A stretch of 41,804 nucleotides of DNA, from IMG/VR virus record IMGVR_UViG_3300044708_000143, positions 1-41,804 of that record. One strand, given 5' to 3'. This DNA is from a virus. Lineage: Duplodnaviria > Caudoviricetes. The first letter of the stretch is position 1. Every line of letters begins with the position of its first letter. The translations under genes and the position numbers were made by a program. The notes beneath the pieces are model-generated. The model was not told the origin of the DNA. It ran no database searches and saw nothing but the letters and a program-made list of their open reading frames with translations. This document shows, piece after piece, positions 34,293 through 41,804 of the stretch.

Positions 34293-34991
34293 TTACCGTT
34301 CTGAAACGACTGCCTGCTTCTGCGTCACTTCCTGCCTGCTGCCTTCGGCTTGGAGTCCAGACAAGGTGAACGCCAGCCACGCAAAGGCGACTACGGCGAT
34401 AAATGACGGCAGAAAATTGTTTAGGTGAATCCAGATGCCACGATTGCGCGTGATGCCGAGCGCGTAGCCCCACGAAATAAATCCCATCACGCTCCAGAAC
34501 GAGCCAAGCGCCATCGCCGACGCCCACAGTTCGCTTTCCACTTTTGCAGCGGTAACAGTCAGAGTCACCGCACCGCAGAAAGCGAGAATCACCGCTTGGA
34601 ATACCGCGATCTGTACGGCGTTAGGAATGTGACCGCCGTACTCCTCGGAAAGCTGGTGATAAATCACGGAGCCGATAGCGGCGGATTGAGCGGCTGCGCC
34701 AAAGATCACAAACAGCGCGAGGCCGAGCGGATGAATCAACGCCATGCGGACGCTCGCGTAAATCGCCAGGAGCAACACTGCGCCGAATGTCAGCGCGTAA
34801 AACGTCATGTAGGAGTCGGACAGGTTCGCTGACTTCTGCAATCCCCACCATCCGATCACACAGAAGAAAAACTGCGCGCAAAGGTAGGCGGGCACAGTCC
34901 AGTGAATCGAGCGGCCGGGAATACGGAAAACGAAGCCAGCGGCCAGCATTAAGGCCATGATGGAAGCAAGGGCGGGAACGTGTCTTAGCAT
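34293..34991 (-). CDS. Seven-transmembrane protein of unknown function
   Basis: 232 aa from ATG 34991, which overlaps the upstream stop; seven hydrophobic segments; no soluble domain. Confidence 0.8.
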   Translation of the reverse strand: MLRHVPALASIMALMLAAGFVFRIPGRSIHWTVPAYLCAQFFFCVIGWWGLQKSANLSDSYMTFYALTFGAVLLLAIYASVRMALIHPLGLALFVIFGAAAQSAAIGSVIYHQLSEEYGGHIPNAVQIAVFQAVILAFCGAVTLTVTAAKVESELWASAMALGSFWSVMGFISWGYALGITRNRGIWIHLNNFLPSFIAVVAFAWLAFTLSGLQAEGSRQEVTQKQAVVSER

Positions 34992-35368
34992 GCTAGACTC
35001 CCGCGCATGTACGTCCGCAGAGAAGGAGGTGCCCATGTTGCCGTTTCCAGTTCCACACAAAGACGTCGACTAATTGAAACGACGCGGGGCCGACGAATCT
35101 CTCCATCCGACAACCCCGCATCTGTTCCCGGCGCTGCGTGCGACGGAAATTCAAACTCCATCTGAAAATACGAATTGTTACGAAGCATCCCTTGAAGACG
35201 ATCCACGAGCGCCTTTAGAGTTCCCTTCGTGAAAACGAGGGAATGCATGATCTCAACGGCGACACGGAAGGTTTGGCTTCTGTTCTCAGTGAACGGAGCG
35301 AAGGCGTTTTGCAGGTCATCGACCTGGCGCATGGTCTGCTCGTTCAGTTTTAGGCTTACTGTCTTCAT
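34985..35368 (-). CDS. Ribbon-helix-helix type DNA-binding protein
   Basis: MKTVSLKLNEQTMRQVDDL..NRSQTFRVAVE matches the RHH strand-helix-RS-helix pattern. Confidence 0.68.
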   Translation of the reverse strand: MKTVSLKLNEQTMRQVDDLQNAFAPFTENRSQTFRVAVEIMHSLVFTKGTLKALVDRLQGMLRNNSYFQMEFEFPSHAAPGTDAGLSDGEIRRPRVVSISRRLCVELETATWAPPSLRTYMRGSLAC

Positions 35369-35484
35369 CTCGTATCCCACTTTTCCACCGCCATCCACAG
35401 AAGAACTTGAAACTTCCTTCGGCCCTTGTCCGTCAAACCTTGTTTTACTTCGCATCCGTCGCTACCGTGAACAGACAAAACAAC

Positions 35485-35513
35485 TTGACTATTTATTTAC
35501 ACAGGCAAAAGAT
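35485..35513 (+). promoter_or_regulatory. Candidate sigma70 promoter
   Basis: TTGACT-17 nt-AAAGAT upstream of ATG 35543; the -10 is weak. Confidence 0.4.
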
Positions 35514-35542
35514 TCGCCCTCCACACCTTCAGGGGCCTCCAA

Positions 35543-35815
35543 ATGAAAAATCCGTTGACGGCGGATTCGCACGAGCGACGCCTGTCTCTCGAAGAAATCG
35601 AAACCGTAGCTTCTTCTTTCAAGGAAGACTTGACGCGAGAATGCGAACGGAAAGTGCGGCGCAATGACAACAACGGCGCGTTAGCCGCAATCGTAGGTAA
35701 GGAATACATCGACAATTTTGTGTACGCGTTGAAGATGAATTCCCGCTCGCAGATCGGCATGCCGCGACGCGCACGTCCCATCCGAATATTCCGCCTACCG
35801 AAAGCCGGGACATGA
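35543..35815 (+). CDS. Hypothetical protein
   Basis: 90 aa; AGGGG upstream; ATGA-coupled to the next ORF. Confidence 0.62.
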   Translation: MKNPLTADSHERRLSLEEIETVASSFKEDLTRECERKVRRNDNNGALAAIVGKEYIDNFVYALKMNSRSQIGMPRRARPIRIFRLPKAGT

Positions 35816-36015
35816 AGGCTAAGACCGGCAAAGCCGAGCGCGCTACTGAGCGGATTCGCCGCGAGCGCGATGCCGAGTGGACTATGCGAGTGTTCGAAAT
35901 CTTCGACCGTGTCTTGACGCCCGCCGAAGCGAAAGAATGGCTGCGCAACGACCGCGTCACACGCGCGCGCAATGTAAGCGCAGCGCGGCTCCGTCGCTTC
36001 CCATATCACTACTGA
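35812..36015 (+). CDS. Small basic hypothetical protein
   Basis: 67 aa, Arg-rich, ATGA overlap. Confidence 0.55.
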   Translation: MKAKTGKAERATERIRRERDAEWTMRVFEIFDRVLTPAEAKEWLRNDRVTRARNVSAARLRRFPYHY

Positions 36016-36138
36016 TTTTTTTTCCTGAGCCAGGTCGGCGATCCTGGCGAAGCTTTGGCGAACGTTCAGCGACCGAGTATCTAAATTATGATAACTAGAA
36101 AATGCGGCCGGAAATGAAGACTGTGGATGCATTGTTGA

Positions 36139-36330
36139 TTAAGCTGCCGCCTGTCCTTTGAGTTTTGCTTCGATCTTCGCGAGGGTCAATTCAGTGCAGG
36201 GCTTGCCGTACTCAATCCTTACGATAGTTCCCAGGCTCAAACCGAGCCAATTTGCCAACTGAGTTTGCGTCATTTGCTGTTCCAGCCGGTAGGCCTTGAG
36301 ACGCTTGCCGATGTGGGGTTGTTTGCTCAC
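36139..36330 (-). CDS. Xre/Cro-type HTH regulator (HTH domain only)
   Basis: IGKRLKAYRLEQQMTQTQLANWLGLSLGTIVRIEYG. Confidence 0.9.
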   Translation of the reverse strand: MSKQPHIGKRLKAYRLEQQMTQTQLANWLGLSLGTIVRIEYGKPCTELTLAKIEAKLKGQAAA

Positions 36331-36336
36331 GGTCGC

Positions 36337-36365
36337 AATTTACAAGCGTTATTAATGCTTGTCAA
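36337..36365 (-). promoter_or_regulatory. Leftward sigma70 promoter with an operator-like palindrome in the spacer
   Basis: TTGACA-17 nt-TAAATT, then 6 nt, then GTG 36330; ACAAGC-N9-GCTTGT at 36342-36362. Confidence 0.78.
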
Positions 36366-36387
36366 GCACTATTTTTAGGGATAGTAT
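36359..36387 (+). promoter_or_regulatory. Rightward sigma70 promoter for the integrase operon
   Basis: TTGTCA-17 nt-TAGTAT, then 6 nt, then GTG 36394. Confidence 0.7.
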
Positions 36388-36393
36388 CTGCCT

Positions 36394-36585
36394 GTGGAAA
36401 CCGACGAAATCCTGAAGATGTGGGCGAATCTATGGCCGAAGGATGGCTCTGGTGTGTGGCATGTCCTTGGTGCGCAGCTAAGGGCTATTGCGGGAGCCCC
36501 GACCCACGACAGCAACGGCAACGCGATCGATCCTGATTTGTGGTATGAAGTCTCAGCGAAAGGAACGTTTCCGCTACCCTTCTAA
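36394..36585 (+). CDS. Hypothetical protein
   Basis: 63 aa; TAATG coupling to the next ORF. Confidence 0.6.
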   Translation: METDEILKMWANLWPKDGSGVWHVLGAQLRAIAGAPTHDSNGNAIDPDLWYEVSAKGTFPLPF

Positions 36586-36854
36586 TGGGCTACATGCATC
36601 CAGCTTGGGGAACTCAGCGGCACGAACCCGGCAAGTGGTTTCCTACGGAGGACGGCGTCGGATGGGGTGATGGCGGCGACATTGAATTGCGCCGCGGCAA
36701 TGAAGTTGTTCTAGCAATTCTACAAGTTGACGAGCAATGGACGGGCGAAGACGAAATTCCCTCTCCGACTGCGAAATTGGCGGACGGGTCGGAGACATCC
36801 TTTTTCGATTGGGACGAATGGAGAATCTGCGAGAACCGCGATGGGGCTCTTTGA
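36585..36854 (+). CDS. Acidic, Trp-rich hypothetical protein
   Basis: 89 aa; overlaps the integrase start. Confidence 0.62.
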   Translation: MGYMHPAWGTQRHEPGKWFPTEDGVGWGDGGDIELRRGNEVVLAILQVDEQWTGEDEIPSPTAKLADGSETSFFDWDEWRICENRDGAL

Positions 36855-37884
36855 GCGCAATAAAGGTTCTGGCGTATGGTGGATAAGCTACTGCGACCGC
36901 CGAGGCAAGCGGCACCGCGAGCGCATTGGCCGCAGGGCTGAGGCCATCGCCGCATACTCTGACCGCAAGCGAGAGATTCGCGAGGGGCGGTATGTACCGC
37001 CGCGGACGCGCCCACGATTCCTGACGTTTCGGGATTTGGCGGAAAAAACTATTGAGGATAAGAAAACCAGAAACAGGCCGCGTTCGATTCAAGGGGACAT
37101 CGGACGCCTAAAGATTCTTTATACCTTTTTGGGACACCTCATAGCGGACGAGATGAGGCCGCCGGTCTTAGAAGAGGTACTCGCTAAGCTGATCAGAGAG
37201 CGAAAAATTGGAAGCACAGCGGCTAATCACTATCGTACGCTCATCTCCAGTGTCTACAACTATGGCATACGAATGGGGTTGGTTTTTCGCAATCCGGTCC
37301 CTCTTACCAGGCCTTATAGAGAAGATCCTGGGCGCGTGCGTTGCCTAACAGAAGAAGAGGAAGCCAGGCTTCGCGCGGCGATTAGATCGCGGTGCCCCAA
37401 GCGGGAGCCGGAATTCGATCTTGCACTTTATACAGGAATGAGACGCGGCGAGCAGTTCGGCCTGAAATGGAGCGGCGTGGACCTTGAGCACGGCTTACTT
37501 GAAGTTAACGGAAAAACCGGGCGACGATTCATCAAGCTGAATGCTACCGCTAAGACGGCACTGGAAATACTGAAAGAGCAGCGAGCCGAAGATGCCATAT
37601 ACGTCTGCCCAGATACGAAGTACGACGGGCAGCGCGATCATTTGCGCTGGTTCGAAGATGCGGTGCGTGAAGCGGGGATTAAGGACTTCCGGCGACATGA
37701 TTGTCGGCATACGTGCGCGTCTCGCCTGCTAATGGCTGGCGCATCCGACCACGCCATCAAGGATCTGCTGGGTCATCGGTCGATAGCGATGAGCGCCAGA
37801 TACATGCACCCATCAGACGAGCACATGCGAAAGGAAATCGAGAAGATATGCAAAAAACCGGAAGGCGACGCGCAAAATAATTGA
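36841..37884 (+). CDS. int: Tyrosine integrase
   Basis: Arm-binding N-terminus GLFER..GSGVWWISY; TGMRRGE, RHDCRH, LLGH and MSARY catalytic motifs. Confidence 0.95.
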   Translation: MGLFERNKGSGVWWISYCDRRGKRHRERIGRRAEAIAAYSDRKREIREGRYVPPRTRPRFLTFRDLAEKTIEDKKTRNRPRSIQGDIGRLKILYTFLGHLIADEMRPPVLEEVLAKLIRERKIGSTAANHYRTLISSVYNYGIRMGLVFRNPVPLTRPYREDPGRVRCLTEEEEARLRAAIRSRCPKREPEFDLALYTGMRRGEQFGLKWSGVDLEHGLLEVNGKTGRRFIKLNATAKTALEILKEQRAEDAIYVCPDTKYDGQRDHLRWFEDAVREAGIKDFRRHDCRHTCASRLLMAGASDHAIKDLLGHRSIAMSARYMHPSDEHMRKEIEKICKKPEGDAQNN

Positions 37885-37990
37885 GTTTGCTTCAAGAATT
37901 TTACCGTGACCCATACATAGTAGAATCAACGACTTACAGCGCGTGCACGAGAAGCTAAAACGGCCAAGTGCCACGCCGAGTGCCACGAGA
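37885..37990. other. attP-like region
   Basis: Directly after int: IHF consensus match AATCAACGACTTA (37924-37936) and direct repeats AGTGCCACG (37967-37975, 37979-37987). The crossover core was not identified. Confidence 0.65.
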
Positions 37991-38035
37991 TGGAGAAAAA
38001 TCCTGAGGGAAGAAAAAGAGAGGAAGGGCCCTATC

Positions 38036-38164
38036 GTGAAACAATTTCAGAAACTTCGAGCGATAGGAAAAGAGACGCTTTTCTGGATTTATGGGGCACT
38101 GTTGCTGGCTTCTCTGGTTTACGCGTTTTACTATGCGATCAGTTCAGGTTTGCGCGAGCGCTAG
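38036..38164 (+). CDS. Small single-TM protein (42 aa)
   Basis: GAGAGGAAGG upstream of GTG; LFWIYGALLLASLVYAFYYAI. Confidence 0.55.
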   Translation: MKQFQKLRAIGKETLFWIYGALLLASLVYAFYYAISSGLRER

Positions 38165-38189
38165 TTTAGCGAAAGGGGTAAATTGCGAG

Positions 38190-38309
38190 ATGGCAAATAG
38201 GATCAAGAATTGTCTTCTTATGATCCCGATCGTGCTGGTCTGGATCGTGATACTTCCCTTCCTGGCCTTCAAGTCCGTGCGGAAATCAATTTTCGGCGGC
38301 GTGCCCTAG
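38190..38309 (+). CDS. Small single-TM protein (39 aa)
   Basis: AAGGGG upstream; MANRIKNCLLMIPIVLVWIVILPFLAFKSVRKSIFGGVP. Confidence 0.55.
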   Translation: MANRIKNCLLMIPIVLVWIVILPFLAFKSVRKSIFGGVP

Positions 38310-38316
38310 CTGGCGA

Positions 38317-38523
38317 TTAGTTTGGCAAGATTCGCTCGACGGCCTTCCAGTAATCCTTCGCCAGTTCAAGCTTTCGAATCCAGTTCCGAGCGTCCTCGGC
38401 GGTCGAGAATCGCCGCGCCAGGTGCGCGTTGTACGTGATCCCGAAGCTGTGGTGTGAGAGTTCGGCGGCAATCCAGCAGGGCCGCGCGCAGTCCTGATAT
38501 TCGATGAGCCAGACGATCGTCAC
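38317..38523 (-). CDS. Hypothetical phage protein (68 aa)
   Basis: GTGA overlap; VWLIE..ARRFST.EDA pattern. Confidence 0.62.
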   Translation of the reverse strand: MTIVWLIEYQDCARPCWIAAELSHHSFGITYNAHLARRFSTAEDARNWIRKLELAKDYWKAVERILPN

Positions 38524-39167
38524 TTGCAGTGACCGGTTCCGCAGACCGCCCCAGCGCCGAGCGCCGCTCCGACGATGATCCACTTCCCTGCTCTCTTTGT
38601 TCGCGTCCAGAACGTTCCGCCCTTCGCCGCAGTCTTATAGGCGTCACGTTCCCTTTCCACTGCCGACAACTGCTCGCCGGCAAGGCGAAGCTGCTCCTGC
38701 TTCGAGGTCTGGTCGGCTTGGCAACTAGAGAGTCGCACGGAATTTTCCCGGCATTTTTCGACCGTGTCCCTCAGGGTTGGCAGATCGGCTTGCGGAATGG
38801 ACGCGATCGCGTCCGGCTGGGGGTTTTGCGCGGTTGCTGGCGGAAGTGTGACGGTGATGGGCTGAGGTAAGCCGGGAACTTGTTTTGGCAGCCATGCGGC
38901 GATTTGCGCTGGCGTCTGAATTTGCGCCGCGATCTTTTGCATCGCGTCGAGTTGCTTTGCGGTCGCTTCGTCGCGAGCCTTGTCGGCGTCGGCGTGCTGC
39001 TTCATCTCGTCCGCCGCCTGGTCGAAGTCCTTTTTCGCCGCCGCGGCCTGCTCCTGGGCCCGGAGCCGATCGTCATGCTCCTGCAGCCAGGTTGTGAAGC
39101 CGAAGGCTGAGCCGGCGAGGAACAACGCTCCCGCTGCGATTTCAAGCTTGGTTCGTAGGAGCATCAC
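38520..39167 (-). CDS. Membrane-anchored coiled-coil protein, spanin candidate
   Basis: N-terminal TM, coiled coil, Pro-rich hinge, second coiled coil with a Cys pair, hydrophobic C-terminus. Confidence 0.6.
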   Translation of the reverse strand: MMLLRTKLEIAAGALFLAGSAFGFTTWLQEHDDRLRAQEQAAAAKKDFDQAADEMKQHADADKARDEATAKQLDAMQKIAAQIQTPAQIAAWLPKQVPGLPQPITVTLPPATAQNPQPDAIASIPQADLPTLRDTVEKCRENSVRLSSCQADQTSKQEQLRLAGEQLSAVERERDAYKTAAKGGTFWTRTKRAGKWIIVGAALGAGAVCGTGHCK

Positions 39168-39400
39168 TGTGGGCCGTCCTTGTCCTTACGCCGAAGATGG
39201 AAAAAGAATCGGCTCTTTGCTTTCTGGTCCGGCGTAGCTTTACGGAATTCCTTTAACCACTCTTTTTGTTGAAGGCAATTCGGGCAAAACGAAGGCGCCA
39301 TGACTCGGCGCGTAAAAACGGCGCCTAGCAAAAAGCCGAGCAGTCCGGCGGTAGAAATGCATGGCCACTGTTCACGGATCCATCCAAGGGTGGTGTGCAT
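39164..39400 (-). CDS. Small membrane protein with CxxC
   Basis: TM segment AGLLGFLLGAVF; CPNC; basic tail. Confidence 0.6.
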   Translation of the reverse strand: MHTTLGWIREQWPCISTAGLLGFLLGAVFTRRVMAPSFCPNCLQQKEWLKEFRKATPDQKAKSRFFFHLRRKDKDGPQ

Positions 39401-39416
39401 GGGTCTTTCATCTTTC

Positions 39417-39698
39417 TTACTTCCAAAAATGGAGCGCGACTTTGATCAATATCGTTACCAGTAATCCCACGGTCCCGCCAAGTGCCGCAGCCTTCACGCG
39501 GATGTTCTGAATTTCCTTATTCTGCCGCCGGATCGCCGCGAAGCACTCGTGCAAATCTTTGGCGAACTTCGTCTCTAACTTGTCCGACATTGTTCCGTTG
39601 AGGATCCCGAGGCGCTTCGCCTCGTCATCGAGCCGCGTCAATTCCATAAACACGGCTAGGCGCGCCTCGTTCCATTCAACACCCGGAGGAAGGTTCAT
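39417..39698 (-). CDS. Coiled-coil protein with a C-terminal TM segment (lysis-region type)
   Basis: Ends AAALGGTVGLLVTILIKVALHFWK; ATGA overlap. Confidence 0.62.
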   Translation of the reverse strand: MNLPPGVEWNEARLAVFMELTRLDDEAKRLGILNGTMSDKLETKFAKDLHECFAAIRRQNKEIQNIRVKAAALGGTVGLLVTILIKVALHFWK

Positions 39699-39961
39699 TT
39701 GTCCGCCAAATCCGCGAGTTCCTTTAAGAGTTGCCTGATCCGCACTTCATTCGCTGGCTTCAGCCGCGCTTCTTCCAATTTTGCAGCGAGCCATTCCTTT
39801 TTGGCAGGCACCGTGAACGCCTCGTGAAAGTCGGCGTAATCCGGAGCGTAGGGATGCGCCAAGCGGCCACAACTGGAGCAGCGCATTTGAAGTATCAGAT
39901 CCCTGGCTACCGCAGCGAGCCGACCCTCCGGAGTCGGCTCCTGCACAGCTCTAATATTCAT
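39695..39961 (-). CDS. Hypothetical protein
   Basis: 88 aa, in operon context. Confidence 0.62.
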   Translation of the reverse strand: MNIRAVQEPTPEGRLAAVARDLILQMRCSSCGRLAHPYAPDYADFHEAFTVPAKKEWLAAKLEEARLKPANEVRIRQLLKELADLADK

Positions 39962-39984
39962 TTGTTGACCTGGAACAAGCTCCT

Positions 39985-41352
39985 TCAGAAAATCATGGGA
40001 TAGCCTGACGCCGTCGGGGGCGCGGGGATTCCAAAAGAAAACGTCGCGATCAGCGGCTTAGTATTGGCGCTCGTGAAACTCGCCGTGTTCGATCCGGCTG
40101 AAATAGTGTTTTTCACTCCTACCAGATTCTGCCAAGTCCACCTAGTCGGGTTGGAAGGTTGCGCTGCTTGCACAAAGCCGCTCGCTGGCGCAATGATCGT
40201 TCCCGTAACGTCCACGCCGCTAAAGATGGTGTATTCGTTCGCAGAACCTGTCGTGTAGCTGACGCTTTGCGCTGCGGCCGTCGTTTCTGAACCTGAATCG
40301 ATGCCAGAGTTTAAGCCGGAAATTTCCATGACGGAAATCAATGCCGTGGCAAACGGTGAACCGACCGACATCCCCGTCGAATACGTCGAGTGGTTCGACG
40401 CAAGATCTGCATAGCACAATCCTGTCGTCAAAGTCCCGCCGCCATAAGTATGCGTAATGTTGGAACTTCCAGGGCAGATGCAAGTCTCACCGGTGCAGCC
40501 AGCTACGATGCCGCTATTGGTGTCGCTCGATCCGGCGAAGATGAGTTTGTTGCCACTCGAAAGTCCACTGAGGTCGCAGTTGAGATCGCCGCCGCCGCCG
40601 TTTCCTGCCATGCATGTTTGTTTGATGAGCACCGATGGAGGCGGATTTGTTCCTGCTAAATCAAAAGAAATCGCGACAATCCTCGTCGTCGGAAACGCGC
40701 CGGTGGTAACGAATGAAGTCGTGTAGGTGCCTGCGGTTGGAGCGGACTGATATTCCTCAATTATCCTGCTCTTCGTAGCACCGGCACTGGTCCCCATGTA
40801 GGAGCGCTGCGAGAACCCGCTGCCCGCATTTGAGTGCTGGTTGTAGTCTGCGCCCACTGCCTCAATGTACTGATTACTCCCGGTCGTGGTGAACGTAAAG
40901 GAATTGCTGTTGTTGACGCCATTCGCGACCGAATGCCCGGAGGCGTAGCCATACATTTCAGTGACCAGTAGCTCTTCGGTTCGTGCGCCGCTACCTGTGA
41001 GGCCGTTGACGGTCACCGTGAAAGTCGTATGCGTTGAAGCTGGATCGACATAGCAAAGAGATACGCGAAACTGCGAAGGCGGAAAGCCATAAGAATTGCC
41101 GACGCTCGCCCCGGCTGGGCACGTCGCTGTCTCTGTGGCGGTCAGCGTCTCGCCCGTCGCGTAATCCGAATAGGCGATTAAAATTTTGTAGCCCGTCCCG
41201 GTGTGCGTGTCCTTGAGCGAACACGTCATCGAGGAAGTCGATCCATCATCTCCGTTTACGCCGCAGGGAGGTTGCACCATGTAAGGCGTCACTGCGGATG
41301 ATCCGAGACCGCAAAGCAAGAGAAGCAACAACGCAAAGAGACTTTTTCTCAT
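39985..41352 (-). CDS. Signal-peptide protein with two tandem Cys-paired beta domains
   Basis: MRKSLFALLLLLLCGLGSSA signal; Ser/Thr/Gly-rich; internal duplication. Confidence 0.8.
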   Translation of the reverse strand: MRKSLFALLLLLLCGLGSSAVTPYMVQPPCGVNGDDGSTSSMTCSLKDTHTGTGYKILIAYSDYATGETLTATETATCPAGASVGNSYGFPPSQFRVSLCYVDPASTHTTFTVTVNGLTGSGARTEELLVTEMYGYASGHSVANGVNNSNSFTFTTTGSNQYIEAVGADYNQHSNAGSGFSQRSYMGTSAGATKSRIIEEYQSAPTAGTYTTSFVTTGAFPTTRIVAISFDLAGTNPPPSVLIKQTCMAGNGGGGDLNCDLSGLSSGNKLIFAGSSDTNSGIVAGCTGETCICPGSSNITHTYGGGTLTTGLCYADLASNHSTYSTGMSVGSPFATALISVMEISGLNSGIDSGSETTAAAQSVSYTTGSANEYTIFSGVDVTGTIIAPASGFVQAAQPSNPTRWTWQNLVGVKNTISAGSNTASFTSANTKPLIATFSFGIPAPPTASGYPMIF

Positions 41353-41353
41353 G

Positions 41354-41804
41354 TTAGTTCGCCTGCACCGCTGGCTTGCGCGGTGTCGTGATTACCGCCT
41401 TGTAGATGTTGATGTTCGATGAAGCCGTACCGGAGAGAACGATTTTGATTATTACTGGAACCGGGGCTGAGGATGGACAGCCGTTGCCGCTCGTTAGAGC
41501 AGTGAACTGGCCACCGATGTACCACATCCGATTTGCGTTTGCCATTGTCTGCGTCGAGAACGCAGACTCGGCATGGAAGCTTGGATCATCGGAGGCTCCG
41601 CCAGGAGTGGAAACGTCGACGCAGGCCGACGAGACCGTGAAGATCACGGTTCCTGACGTATTCGATCCGCTGCCATAGAAGATATTGATATACGCCTGGC
41701 TGGCGGTGTCCCAATCCTTCGGCACCTCGAAAAGAAATTGCCCGGAAGCGCCCGCCGAGGGAATCGCCTGCAGCGCGCCGCCGAGATTATTGGAGCCGGC
41801 GCGG
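41354..41804 (-). CDS. C-terminal part of a fibre/adhesin-like protein, 5' end truncated by the window edge
   Basis: The frame stays open to the edge (RAGSNNLGGALQAIPSAGASGQFLFEVPKDWD..); beta-rich, with a Cys pair. Confidence 0.7.
   Translation of the reverse strand, partial: RAGSNNLGGALQAIPSAGASGQFLFEVPKDWDTASQAYINIFYGSGSNTSGTVIFTVSSACVDVSTPGGASDDPSFHAESAFSTQTMANANRMWYIGGQFTALTSGNGCPSSAPVPVIIKIVLSGTASSNINIYKAVITTPRKPAVQAN

Noticed and set aside
34293-34991. Microbial rhodopsin
   Set aside because: Seven TM segments but no DxxxK or SxxxK retinal-binding motif in the last helix.
36015-36046. Terminator after the plus-strand pair
   Set aside because: The T-run precedes the hairpin on the plus strand, so neither strand has a hairpin followed directly by a U-tract.
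35497-36132. 211-aa minus-strand ORF starting just after the HTH gene
   Set aside because: No RBS or motif, and it lies opposite two coupled plus-strand ORFs that have a promoter candidate. Not fully excluded without Ribo-seq.
37885-37960. tRNA or tmRNA fragment as the att core
   Set aside because: No T-arm (GTTCGA) or CCA-end pattern recognisable on either strand. No tRNA gene was seen anywhere in the window.

Overview
Nearly complete genome fragment of a temperate, cos-type siphovirus, about 60% GC by eye. An Acidobacteria host is suspected from the style of the integrase and small genes but is not verified. Almost all genes are on the minus strand. The late operon runs HNH/cos, terS, terL, HK97 portal, S49 protease, major capsid, neck, tail tube, chaperones, tape measure and a GTA-like tail tip that is cut by the left edge. 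The early operon runs RHH protein, 7TM protein, pentapeptide repeat protein, Gp157, RecT, C5 methyltransferase, HerA-like ATPase, replication initiator with iterons, HNH and RusA. Next come a compact control region, a tyrosine integrase with an attP-like site, and the distal end of the late operon, cut by the right edge. Phage genes flank both the attP-like site and cos, so this looks like the excised circular form. The most unusual elements are: (1) a dual-frame C5 methyltransferase locus whose second frame carries five PTP repeats and a motif IX-like block; (2) signal-peptide-bearing, partly Cys-paired proteins translationally coupled into the late operon; (3) a control region with no CI-type repressor and back-to-back leaderless promoters; (4) an RHH-7TM-microprotein unit heading the early operon; (5) two related twin-hairpin intergenic elements. 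All family names come from motif recognition by eye; no searches were run.
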